Positions 40,646 to 49,641 of a stretch of DNA of 64,000 bases are shown piece by piece; positions within the stretch are counted from its first letter, which is position 1; each line of letters begins with the position of its first letter. Location of the stretch: positions 15,751 through 79,750 of the IMG/VR virus record IMGVR_UViG_3300032236_001645. One strand, written 5' to 3'. The DNA is from a virus. Position numbers and translations under genes: made by a program. The notes beneath the pieces were generated by a model. That model was not told where the DNA came from, made no database searches, and saw only the letters and a list, made by a program, of their open reading frames with translations.

Positions 40646-41369
40646 AAAATTCAACCCCAAAGTCCACGTAAACTGGGACTACTTCTCCTGATGGGGCTGT
40701 TACTTCAACTAATAAATCTAAACCTGGTTTATTTTCACTAACAAATTTTTTGAATTCTTGTGAATCTTTAATTGGGAGATTTTGAATAAATTGATATATT
40801 GCCATCATTTCCCTATTACCGTCAATTTGTTTAATCATCATTTCAAGTCTTTTAGTCTGAATTGGTACAACGGCACTTGTAGATGATTCTCTAATTTTTT
40901 CTAATTCTTTTTCTTGTAAATTGTTTAAAAATTTAAATTTAATTGGTTTTTTACTAATTGGTAAATAAAATTCATATTCACCATTAGCATCGGCTTTCAA
41001 ATTAAAATCTTTAACTTTTAAAACTGATAAATCTAAATTAGTTTCAAATTCTTTATTTGTTGCAGGATCAGTCAATTTAACAGTATAATCTGAACCAAAC
41101 GCGGTATTTCTTAAAAATATTAAAATCGCTTGTCTATCTTCAATTACTAACTCATCTAAATTGAAATCTTTATCTAATATTTTTCTTTTTAATAATTCAT
41201 CTAATACACTATCACTTTGTATTAAATTTTGTGAGGTAAGAATATTCTCATCGGATGCCGTTAAATAAGCAATTCTCAATGATTTTCTATTATTACTATA
41301 ATGTACTCCTTTACTTGGTAGTTCAACTACGTCGTAGGCAATTGTTGGATCTATTCTATTATCTTCCAT
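40623..41369 (-). CDS. Baseplate hub / tail assembly chaperone, T4 gp26-like
   Basis: VELPSKG..Y, YLTASDENIL, DRQAILIFLRNTAFG.DY, ends FGVEFFRP; lies between tube and tape measure. Confidence 0.8.
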   Translation of the reverse strand: MEDNRIDPTIAYDVVELPSKGVHYSNNRKSLRIAYLTASDENILTSQNLIQSDSVLDELLKRKILDKDFNLDELVIEDRQAILIFLRNTAFGSDYTVKLTDPATNKEFETNLDLSVLKVKDFNLKADANGEYEFYLPISKKPIKFKFLNNLQEKELEKIRESSTSAVVPIQTKRLEMMIKQIDGNREMMAIYQFIQNLPIKDSQEFKKFVSENKPGLDLLVEVTAPSGEVVPVYVDFGVEFFRPFYGI

Positions 41370-41413
41370 AATATAAGTTTATACTATAACTATGATAAAG
41401 TAAAGATTTAAAT

Positions 41414-41447
41414 AAAAAAACCGACACCCATTACTGGTATGTCGGTT
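41414..41447 (-). terminator. Intrinsic terminator after the tail tube gene
   Basis: Minus strand AACCGACA-TACCAGTAATGGG-TGTCGGTT plus T run. Confidence 0.8.
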
Positions 41448-41469
41448 CATATAGTATTTTATTTTAATA

Positions 41470-41958
41470 TTAGTATACTAAGATACATCTATCAGGTCTC
41501 AAAGAACAAGTGATAGTTGCTAACGCATCGTTGTTGTAGTCTAATTCTTGGAAGTCAAGGTTAGTTAAGAAAGTACCTTGTAAAATCCATTTTTCAACAA
41601 CCACACCTGTCGGATCTAACATTTCTAATTCAATATCTTTTTTGTAACCAGCAGCATATCCCATACGTCCTGTAACTGATTCTGCATGTAAACGGAACCA
41701 TTCCATTAAAGCTTGAGAAGCTGAAGGACCGATTGGATCTTTGAATGTTACTCTAATCTCTTCCCATTCAAATCTACCAGCAACATATGTTGAAGTGTTT
41801 AAAAACGGAATAGGCACTGAATTGATTTTAGCAGCGGGTCTTTTAGTTGAAGTCACATACCATTCATTTATACCCAAAGTTGATGGGAATCTTAAGATGA
41901 ATCGGTTGACTCTTTTCGGTTCGTAAGGAACCGGCATTTTCATTAGTAAATCTGCCAT
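41470..41958 (-). CDS. Tail tube protein, T4 gp19-like
   Basis: EPKRVNRFIL, YVAGRFEWEEI.VTF.DPI, YKKDIEL.MLDPTG.VVEKW.L.G. Confidence 0.92.
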   Translation of the reverse strand: MADLLMKMPVPYEPKRVNRFILRFPSTLGINEWYVTSTKRPAAKINSVPIPFLNTSTYVAGRFEWEEIRVTFKDPIGPSASQALMEWFRLHAESVTGRMGYAAGYKKDIELEMLDPTGVVVEKWILQGTFLTNLDFQELDYNNDALATITCSLRPDRCILVY

Positions 41959-42087
41959 GTTGTATTTGTTAAGTTTTTTAAGTTATTTACTTTCTTATAA
42001 ATATATCAGTATTGGAAAATAATTTTTTTAAAAATTTTTATTCGGAATACTTGATAATGTCAAATATTTTTCGTAGTTTTTTACAGG

Positions 42088-42183
42088 CTCCAGTATCTAG
42101 TTCCAGAATAAATCACTAATATAAAATATCTAGTTAATAAATATATTAAAACTAGTTCTAGAATATACTAGATAATACTGGGC
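42088..42183. repeat. Cluster of CTAG/CCAG/CTGG boxes in AT-rich intergenic DNA (putative origin or protein-binding array)
   Basis: CTAG at 42097, 42130, 42152, 42158, 42168; CCAG at 42090, 42103; CTGG at 42178; flanked by imperfect inverted CCAGTATCTAG / CTAGATAATACTGG. Confidence 0.55.
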
Positions 42184-42207
42184 AACATTATAATTTTTTT
42201 TAATTTG

Positions 42208-42223
42208 TGTTCCACGTGGAACG
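42208..42223. promoter_or_regulatory. parS: parS-like centromere palindrome TGTTCCACGTGGAACG
   Basis: Perfect 14-bp palindrome GTTCCACGTGGAAC, close to the bacterial parS consensus TGTTNCACGTGAAACA; intergenic. Confidence 0.7.
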
Positions 42224-42232
42224 TTCTACAAT

Positions 42233-42264
42233 AAAAAAAGGAAGGTATCACTTACCCTCCTTTT
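42233..42264 (-). terminator. Intrinsic terminator after the tail sheath gene
   Basis: Minus strand AAAAGGAGGGTA-AGTGA-TACCTTCCTTTT plus T run. Confidence 0.7.
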
Positions 42265-42287
42265 CCTTTTTTATATCTCCTTTTAGA

Positions 42288-44717
42288 TTAGATATTTTCA
42301 AATGAAGCTCCTGTTGGAGTAATTACGAACTCTAAGTCAATGAATTCCAAAGAACGAGTTGGTTTGATGTATATCTTACCTCTTAATGTGTTTGCGTCAA
42401 TATCCTCAGGATCACTTGAAACACTTACACGGAAGTCATATAAACCTCTTTCTTTCTTAATTGCTTCTAAAATAGGGTTTACCAATCTTAAGAATTCTTG
42501 TCTTACCTGATCGTCATTTTGTTCAAACAACAATCTAACAGCAACCGCAGAAATCAATTTTCTCGCTCTTAACAATAATCTTCTTACGTTGATTCTGTCC
42601 AAAGCGGATTCTCTAACTTGTAATGTTTTATTACCCCAAATGATAGTACCTGTATCAGAGAATGTAGCGATTGGGTTAATTCTATTTTTGTATAAAGTAT
42701 CTCTTTCGTCTAAAGTTAATTTCTTTTGAGCTTTGATAGCGTTTACCAATCCTCTTGAATAACCCGCAACTGCGAACCAAGGATAAGATACGTTGTCAGT
42801 CAAAGCAATATTTCTACAAACCTCACCTGTTGGTGGGATATATAATTGAGTTGCATTATCGGTATCTCTAATTTGAATCCAAGGCCAATATGTTGCTGAG
42901 TAGTTAGAATCAATACCTTGATCTTCTAAGTCACCAACAATTGATGTCATATCTGTTTCATTTGGAGCACCAATAATATATATTGAATCCGCTCTATCAT
43001 TTTCTATAATGTCAATTGCTTGAGTTGTTAAAGAACTATGATCGTAGAAATTAATACCTGGTGTGGCAAATACGTTGATATCTACCGCTTCAGGGTTTGA
43101 ATATGTGTTAATACCATCTAAGTAAGCGTAATAATCTGAGTTACCTTCACTTGTATTAAATAAACCACCATTGTTAGTATTACCTGAAATATATGTAGTT
43201 TTTCCAAATATATAACTATCACCATAAGTTCTTACAGTTCTATAGATGTCCCAACCATCAAAACCACCACATGCTGCAAATGTAAACTTACGATAGTTAA
43301 TATCTAACATTTTATTTGTACTTGAATCACCACTTTGTCCTTCTAAATCATAATTTGTTGTTTGATAAGTTGTACCGGTAATTGTTGATGCATTTGTCGA
43401 TAAATGGAAACCGTAAGTTGTTCCTAAAGAACCCGCACCTTTATATTTAAACAAATCACTATCGTATAAGAAATCTGATTGAGTAGAAAGTCCTAAAGTA
43501 TTTTTTCTATAAGAATCTCCGTTACTTGTAGTTGTACCATAAATTACATCTCCTGAATTAAAGAATGAAGTTTTATATAAAACACTACCTAATGTAGTTG
43601 AACCTGATAATGAAGAATTTGTAAATCCTTTAAAACCAGCGGGAAAAGCATCTGAAGGTGCATTTGAATCCATATTCAACATTATATATTTTGAATTTAA
43701 ACTATATTCACCATCTGAAGTACCGATTTTTCTTGCAACATAACCAGCAACATCTGGATTCATAGAACATCTTGAAAATTTCTCTAAAACTGACATATTA
43801 TCATCAGTATCATTAAAATCTCTAACTAAAACATCAAATTCACCTGTGTTTATATTAATATTTTGAATTGTAATTTTTACTTGTTCATTTGATGCATCTC
43901 CATCGGATATTGTAATTATTTGGAATAAATCAGAAACCTTACCACCTCTTACTTCTGAAACAACCATTGGTGAAGCTGCGGTGTCCCATCCGTTTGCGAA
44001 GTTATTACCTTCAGCATTATATACCTCAGTAAGACTTAAACCAGATATAAGTTGTTGATTATAAAGATTTTTTACCAAATTTGGATACACTTCATGTACA
44101 TATAATGGAATATCTGTACCGTCTTTATCATAAGGACTTGTACCTAAAACTTTTGTAATGTATTTTGGTGATGTTGAATCTAAACTACATGTAAATGTTT
44201 TTGCACCATGAGTTAATCCTGTTACGTGAATATCAAATTCAGATAGAGGATTTGTAGTTAAAGTATTACCACTAAGAATAAATGCCGAGTTAGATGTAAC
44301 TTCAAAAACTATAGTTTCACCTGAATAGTGTCCTCTAGATCTCAAAGCCGCCACAACTACGTTGTTATATTCATCACTTCCGATAGTTTTGATACCGAAT
44401 GTTTTACCTGCTTTATATCCTGTTTTACCCAAAATTCTTGTTACAAATAATTGATTAGATTCTTGAAGATATGATTTTGCAACATAAGGTAATTCATATT
44501 TTGGATTATTATTAGCATCTTTTTCAGGAGATGTTCCACCAAAATATGTTTTAAAATCTGTAAAATTTGAAATTAATATTGGTTCAAAAGCAGGACCTTT
44601 TAATGTCTCACCTACTAAACCTAATGTTGTAACACCTACACTTTGTGCTACAAATGTTAAATCTACCTCAGAAGTGTAAACACCTGGAGATACGAATACT
44701 CTGTTTGAATTTGCCAT
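42288..44717 (-). CDS. Tail sheath protein, T4 gp18-like
   Basis: FVSPGVYTSE.D, GETLKGP, PWFAVAGYSRG, LYKNRINPI, WGNKTLQ...LDRINVRRL, PTRSLEFI. Confidence 0.96.
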   Translation of the reverse strand: MANSNRVFVSPGVYTSEVDLTFVAQSVGVTTLGLVGETLKGPAFEPILISNFTDFKTYFGGTSPEKDANNNPKYELPYVAKSYLQESNQLFVTRILGKTGYKAGKTFGIKTIGSDEYNNVVVAALRSRGHYSGETIVFEVTSNSAFILSGNTLTTNPLSEFDIHVTGLTHGAKTFTCSLDSTSPKYITKVLGTSPYDKDGTDIPLYVHEVYPNLVKNLYNQQLISGLSLTEVYNAEGNNFANGWDTAASPMVVSEVRGGKVSDLFQIITISDGDASNEQVKITIQNININTGEFDVLVRDFNDTDDNMSVLEKFSRCSMNPDVAGYVARKIGTSDGEYSLNSKYIMLNMDSNAPSDAFPAGFKGFTNSSLSGSTTLGSVLYKTSFFNSGDVIYGTTTSNGDSYRKNTLGLSTQSDFLYDSDLFKYKGAGSLGTTYGFHLSTNASTITGTTYQTTNYDLEGQSGDSSTNKMLDINYRKFTFAACGGFDGWDIYRTVRTYGDSYIFGKTTYISGNTNNGGLFNTSEGNSDYYAYLDGINTYSNPEAVDINVFATPGINFYDHSSLTTQAIDIIENDRADSIYIIGAPNETDMTSIVGDLEDQGIDSNYSATYWPWIQIRDTDNATQLYIPPTGEVCRNIALTDNVSYPWFAVAGYSRGLVNAIKAQKKLTLDERDTLYKNRINPIATFSDTGTIIWGNKTLQVRESALDRINVRRLLLRARKLISAVAVRLLFEQNDDQVRQEFLRLVNPILEAIKKERGLYDFRVSVSSDPEDIDANTLRGKIYIKPTRSLEFIDLEFVITPTGASFENI

Positions 44718-44761
44718 TGATTGTTATTTGGTTAAATTATTTTATTTCTTAACTTATAAAT

Positions 44762-44830
44762 ATCTTTGATTTCATCAAAGATTTCCCAACTTTTTTCAAA
44801 AAGATAGTTATTTATCTTTTAATATCTTTT
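44762..44830. promoter_or_regulatory. Inverted-repeat operator array between the divergent sheath and RHH genes
   Basis: ATCTTTGAT-TTC-ATCAAAGAT (44762-44782), AAAAGATA-GTTATT-TATCTTTT (44799-44820), extra TATCTTTT (44823-44830). Confidence 0.55.
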
Positions 44831-44832
44831 AT

Positions 44833-44991
44833 ATGGAAAACAAACAGAAAAATGTCAAAATAAGCGAAAAACATCACGAAATGTTAAAAAATTATTGTGA
44901 TAAAAATGGTTTAAAAATCTATAAAGTTTTAGAAAAACACATAGAAGAACTTTGTAAACCTAAAAAAAAGGATATATATGGTGACGATTAG
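44833..44991 (+). CDS. Ribbon-helix-helix-like DNA-binding protein (52 aa), not in ORF track
   Basis: MENKQKNVKISEKHHEMLKNYCDKNGLKIYKVLEKHIEELCKPKKKDIYGDD: alternating beta strand, helix, G turn, helix. Confidence 0.7.
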   Translation: MENKQKNVKISEKHHEMLKNYCDKNGLKIYKVLEKHIEELCKPKKKDIYGDD

Positions 44992-46223
44992 TATAGGTAA
45001 GTAATACCAATTTTAGAACCAATAACTGGAGTAGAAGTTAAAGTTACTTCCTGTGATCCTGTAATTTCATAACCTCTACCTTCATCTTCAACAAGTCCAT
45101 TTATATCTAAACTAACAATACTATTAATTCCGTTTGAAACTGTAAAAGTCAAACTATCAGTATATGTAAAGATTTCAGTTGAGTTGTTTAATAATTTACC
45201 TGTGTTATCTAAAATAACTGAATTTCTACCCTTATAATATGTTATTGTAACAATAGAACCTTCTAATGGTGGAGTATCAAATGAAATTTTAGAAGTATAA
45301 GCAACATGAAAATAATGTACATCTTTAGTTTGTACCAAACCATTTACCATAACATTGAATAATGTTCCGATACTTTCACCTACGCTAAATGAAGTTTGAA
45401 TACCGTCTGCTGTAAATGATACAACTGTTATATTAACATTTTTGTTAATGAATTTCTTAATACCTCCTGTGTTGTCTAATAAAAATTCGTACATAGTAAA
45501 TAATCTGCTTATTGCTGGTTTAACCTCAAACTCATCACTATCCATTAAATATCCTAACATAGTGAAATTATAATTTTGAACATAAAATCTTCTACCATCT
45601 ATAGTTTCAATTGGACTACTATCTGCAATTGTATTTAAAACAATTGGAATATAATGTCCTTTTACCATCGTGTAATCCTGTCTTGAAGCATAGTGTTGTA
45701 ATACCTTTTTGTTAAATTTATTTAAATCTCTAAATTTAGTACAAACAATAGACACGTCAAATGTAATATCAACAGGGATAGGTTGAGGTATTGTGTAGAT
45801 GTCCGCACCTAACTCAGAACCATTCCAAGTTGGAACTGAAGCATAATAAACTTGAGTTCTATCAGGTATTGTTCTTTGTACAGATGGATTTGTTCCAAAT
45901 TGAACTTCGGGTTTTCTAATGATGGCTATAAATGGTAATTTCATGTTATTGTCCTCATCACTAAAAGTCCAATTCTGTGTAAATTCACCCCATCTTTGAA
46001 TGGTTAGAATTTTATCAATAATCGGAATTTGTTTTCCATCAGATGTAATCTTAAAGTTTTTAGTAATATATTCTAAAAATCCTTTATCCAAATCATCATG
46101 TAAGATTGAATCAGGTAAATTGGTGTCAGATTTAGTTATTGAATCCAATAACTCTTGACGTCTTTTTAACCCCGTGGTTTCTTTGTAAATCTGAATATTA
46201 GTTTTTCTTTTAGGTATTCCCAT
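44988..46223 (-). CDS. Tail completion/terminator protein (gp15-like) with C-terminal beta-repeat extension
   Basis: Probable start MGIPKRK at 46223, just after the upstream stop; PQPIPVDITFDVSI...DLNKF; two similar C-terminal modules (VNGLVQ / INGLVE). Confidence 0.65.
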   Translation of the reverse strand: MGIPKRKTNIQIYKETTGLKRRQELLDSITKSDTNLPDSILHDDLDKGFLEYITKNFKITSDGKQIPIIDKILTIQRWGEFTQNWTFSDEDNNMKLPFIAIIRKPEVQFGTNPSVQRTIPDRTQVYYASVPTWNGSELGADIYTIPQPIPVDITFDVSIVCTKFRDLNKFNKKVLQHYASRQDYTMVKGHYIPIVLNTIADSSPIETIDGRRFYVQNYNFTMLGYLMDSDEFEVKPAISRLFTMYEFLLDNTGGIKKFINKNVNITVVSFTADGIQTSFSVGESIGTLFNVMVNGLVQTKDVHYFHVAYTSKISFDTPPLEGSIVTITYYKGRNSVILDNTGKLLNNSTEIFTYTDSLTFTVSNGINSIVSLDINGLVEDEGRGYEITGSQEVTLTSTPVIGSKIGITYLY

Positions 46224-46224
46224 A

Positions 46225-46737
46225 TTAAACTCCTCTAAATGTGTTGTCTTGAGCCGGTGAACACTCAATATTTCTATAATATGGTTTGTAACCAAACATA
46301 TTATGTTTATTATCAGACACAACTTTACCGTCATTTACCACCGTGTAAAATCTGGTTCTTGTTTCAGACTCTGGATAACCAATATAATCTCCGTATTTAA
46401 TATCAATTCCTAATTCATCCAAATGTTTAATATAAACTGATACCATCATATTACCTGGTTCAAGATATCTCAATAAACCTTGTTTATATGAACTGTTCTT
46501 AGGCGCATCTATTTTAACTAAACCATTAAACTCTATAGGTGGTAAATATTTTATCTCATCAGTACCCACCTCAGCGTAAACATCATCAATTTCAGTCTTA
46601 GTTCTGTCAACACGATATAATACTAATTTCATATTCAAATCACCATGAAGATACTCCTCACCCATTTGAATGTGTAAATCAAAATCGTCTTGTCCGAAGA
46701 ATTTAGATAATCTTGTGATTGGTAGTTTATTATCCAT
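46225..46737 (-). CDS. Neck / head-closure protein (gp14-like)
   Basis: VLYRVD....DDVY.E......PPIEF, GDYIGY pattern; next to the terminator and sheath genes. Confidence 0.6.
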   Translation of the reverse strand: MDNKLPITRLSKFFGQDDFDLHIQMGEEYLHGDLNMKLVLYRVDRTKTEIDDVYAEVGTDEIKYLPPIEFNGLVKIDAPKNSSYKQGLLRYLEPGNMMVSVYIKHLDELGIDIKYGDYIGYPESETRTRFYTVVNDGKVVSDNKHNMFGYKPYYRNIECSPAQDNTFRGV

Positions 46738-46792
46738 ATCCTAATAAATAGTTTAATCTTACATTCTATTTAGTTATATTATATATAATACG

Positions 46793-48544
46793 ATGGAAAA
46801 GAAAATACCCGAAATAGAGGCGAGAGATATTTTATCAATTTATGAAGGTTCCAATAATGTTTTATTGGATTATAAAAGAAAATTTGTTGAAGTTAAAAAT
46901 TTTAAATTAACTCGTCCTCAAGCGGAATATGTTATAAAATATAAAGACACTGTTCCTAAGGTTGCAAAAAAACATATTAATATAGTTTCTACATTTGGTG
47001 AAAAAATCATGGAGGATAGATTACTTCCATATCCCCCTGATAAAGTTTGGTGTGAAAAATTATTATGTGAATCTGATAAGGCGTACCATATTTGGGGTAA
47101 GATTATTGATAAGGAACAAAACTACGCAATGTGGTTACCTAAATCAGCCATAGTTCAAGAGGAGAAAAAATTAAATCGTGTTATTGATTACTCTCCATAT
47201 AGTAAACGTCCTCCTATGGAACATCAGAAGGTTGCAATTGAGAAGTTATTGGCAAATGATAAGTTTATATTAGCCGACGACATGGGACTTGGAAAAACGA
47301 CGGCAGCGGTGATAGCATCTATGGAAAGTGGAGCAAAAAAAGTTTTAATTGTATGTCCAGCCTCACTTAAAATAAACTGGAAAAGAGAAATCAGTGAATA
47401 TACTGATAGAAAAGTTTTAATTGTTGAGGGACGTAAATGGGGTTCTACTTTTGACTATTATATTATCAATTATGATATTATTAAAAATTATCACACAACT
47501 GACAAATCTGAAGATAGTGACGATTATAAATTATTAGTTAATGAAGGATTTGATTTGGCAATTGTAGATGAGGCACATTATATTTCAAATACCACCGCAA
47601 ATAGAACACGTTTGTTAAATGATGTGTTAGAAAAAATACCAAAAGTATGGTTGTTAACGGGAACACCAATGACATCACGTCCGATTAACTATTTTAATTT
47701 ATTAAAGATTGTTGATTCGCCTTTGACATTAAATTGGCAATCGTATGTTCGTAGATATTGTAAAGGATATCAATTTAGTGTTGGTAATAGAAAAGTTTGG
47801 AATACTAGTGGTGCGAGTAATTTAGACGAACTTCGTGAACGTACTAAATCATATGTTCTTCGTAGAATGAAAACTGACATTCTTGATTTACCTGAAAAAA
47901 TCGTAACTCCAATCTTTGTTGAATTAAATAGTAAGATGTACGAAGAAGAAATGGATGATTTTACACGTATCAGTAATGATAATAAAGATCAAGAAACTCT
48001 TACAGTTACATTAAATCGTTTAATGAAAGTTAGACAATTAATATCATATGAAAAAATTCCATATACTTGTGAATTGATTGATAGATGTTTAGAACAAGGA
48101 AAGAAAGTAATTGTTTTAACAAACTTTACAATGACACTTGATATGTTACATGAAAAATATAAAAAGAATTCTGTAACCCTTGATGGACGTATGTCTAAAG
48201 ATAAAAGACAAGATGCTGTAGATAGATTTCAAAATGAAGATAAAATAAAAATATTCATTGGAAATATTAAGGCAGCGGGCGTTGGTATTACATTAACTGC
48301 AGCAGAAGTTGTTATCATGAATGACTTATCATTTGTACCCGCAGATCACTCACAAGGTGAAGATAGAGCCTATCGTTATGGACAAAAAAATAGTGTATTA
48401 GTTTATTATCCTGTATTTGAAAATACAGTTGAAAAAATTATCTATAATATTTTACAAAAGAAAAAAAATGTGATAGATCAAGTTATGGGAGATGGAGAAT
48501 ATTCAGAATCTTTTAGTAAAGATTTACTTAAGAGCCTCCTTTAA
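46793..48544 (+). CDS. SNF2-family helicase (HARP/SMARCAL1-like)
   Basis: LADDMGLGKT, IVCPASL, VDEAH, LTGTP, LRRMK, AAGVGITLT, QGEDRAYRYGQ. Confidence 0.93.
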   Translation: MEKKIPEIEARDILSIYEGSNNVLLDYKRKFVEVKNFKLTRPQAEYVIKYKDTVPKVAKKHINIVSTFGEKIMEDRLLPYPPDKVWCEKLLCESDKAYHIWGKIIDKEQNYAMWLPKSAIVQEEKKLNRVIDYSPYSKRPPMEHQKVAIEKLLANDKFILADDMGLGKTTAAVIASMESGAKKVLIVCPASLKINWKREISEYTDRKVLIVEGRKWGSTFDYYIINYDIIKNYHTTDKSEDSDDYKLLVNEGFDLAIVDEAHYISNTTANRTRLLNDVLEKIPKVWLLTGTPMTSRPINYFNLLKIVDSPLTLNWQSYVRRYCKGYQFSVGNRKVWNTSGASNLDELRERTKSYVLRRMKTDILDLPEKIVTPIFVELNSKMYEEEMDDFTRISNDNKDQETLTVTLNRLMKVRQLISYEKIPYTCELIDRCLEQGKKVIVLTNFTMTLDMLHEKYKKNSVTLDGRMSKDKRQDAVDRFQNEDKIKIFIGNIKAAGVGITLTAAEVVIMNDLSFVPADHSQGEDRAYRYGQKNSVLVYYPVFENTVEKIIYNILQKKKNVIDQVMGDGEYSESFSKDLLKSLL

Positions 48545-48728
48545 TAGTGACGATAGCATCTAAAAGTATTGTATTTAAATTTTTATCTTCAGGATCACCA
48601 ATCACTAATGATATCTTTTTATTTTCTAAATCTAATGTTAAGATATTTTCACCTTCATCAGTTCTGTAATTAAATTCAAAATCGTTTTTACCGGCAGTTT
48701 GAAATAATTCCAATAATAGATTATTCAT
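48528..48728 (-). CDS. Hypothetical protein (66 aa)
   Basis: ORF overlapping the stop of the upstream gene. Confidence 0.5.
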   Translation of the reverse strand: MNNLLLELFQTAGKNDFEFNYRTDEGENILTLDLENKKISLVIGDPEDKNLNTILLDAIVTIKGGS

Positions 48729-49602
48729 GTTTATTTACTTTTTTAATAAATAACTTAAATGGAAATTTAAAAACAGGTTTTCCATATTCAGTTAGTCTCT
48801 CAATACTTTTTTTATCATTTTTGAAAATATAAATTTGTTTTTCTTTTGGTACATAGAAAACAAATAATATAACATCATTATAATTCTTTAACGTCATTGA
48901 TGCTCTGACATAATAATCCTCACCTCTTAATTCACATTTTGAAACACCCTTGATTTGTGTTCCACAATAAATTGTTTGTCCCGTACTTTTACCTTTAACA
49001 TACATTATACAATCGTTTCCATTAAACATATCAATTGGATCACCAGGTAAATCATCTCTCATTTCCATTGCAAACGCTTCAGGAAAATAATATTTCCAAT
49101 TTTCTTTCCAATCTTTAGTGTGTTCTTGTCCCGCCAACCAAGATCTGTAACAATATTCTCTTAATTCCCAATAAAATTCATTTTTATCTGAAATCAAATG
49201 TTTTTTATACTTTTCAGCATACCTAAACATTTTTTTAATATTGTTAAAATTATTTATAAAATTTCTATCAAATGTTATTGAATCATCTATTCCATCTTGT
49301 ATTAATAAACGATTAATTTCGTTCTTAAAATGGGTTAGAGCGGTAAAATTAGTGTTACCCCTATTAATATGTCCCCAATATTCCTCATCATCTATTATTT
49401 CTACAACCCCATAATAAGAAGTTCCATTCTCTTTTGTTCTTTTAGTCCATCTTCCCTTCTGTTTACTGTAAACAGTAAAGAATAAATCTCCCCAAAGTTC
49501 AATAATTTTGTTTTTTAATGAATCATCTGACAAAATATACTCAAAATCGGATGTTTCATCGGAAGTATAGTTCTTAAGTTCTGATAGTTTAGTATTAGAC
49601 AT
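48721..49602 (-). CDS. Hypothetical protein, possible PD-(D/E)XK nuclease-like C-terminal domain (293 aa)
   Basis: IDMFNGNDCIM...GTQIKG spacing resembles D..G.D...QxK; has its own host-type promoter. Confidence 0.5.
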   Translation of the reverse strand: MSNTKLSELKNYTSDETSDFEYILSDDSLKNKIIELWGDLFFTVYSKQKGRWTKRTKENGTSYYGVVEIIDDEEYWGHINRGNTNFTALTHFKNEINRLLIQDGIDDSITFDRNFINNFNNIKKMFRYAEKYKKHLISDKNEFYWELREYCYRSWLAGQEHTKDWKENWKYYFPEAFAMEMRDDLPGDPIDMFNGNDCIMYVKGKSTGQTIYCGTQIKGVSKCELRGEDYYVRASMTLKNYNDVILFVFYVPKEKQIYIFKNDKKSIERLTEYGKPVFKFPFKLFIKKVNKHE

Positions 49603-49606
49603 AATA

Positions 49607-49638
49607 CAAATATAAGATATTTATAAGAATATTCCAAA
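49607..49638 (-). promoter_or_regulatory. Bacteroidota-type sigma-A promoter (TTTG-N20-TATATTTG)
   Basis: Minus-strand TTTG at 49638-49635 and TATATTTG at 49614-49607, 4 nt before the ATG at 49602; matches -33 TTTG / -7 TAnnTTTG. Confidence 0.65.
49618..49625 (+). promoter_or_regulatory. Putative late promoter motif TATTTATA (plus-strand example of 18 sites)
   Basis: Same sense-strand motif found upstream of most structural genes on both strands. Confidence 0.65.
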
Positions 49639-49641
49639 ATT

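Noticed and set aside
41959-42287. tRNA or protein-coding gene in the sheath-tube gap
   Set aside because: No cloverleaf or T-loop signature and no credible ORF seen
46224-46334. N-terminal extension of the ORF 44988..46334
   Set aside because: It overlaps the upstream gene by 110 nt; the ATG at 46223 directly after that gene's stop is more plausible
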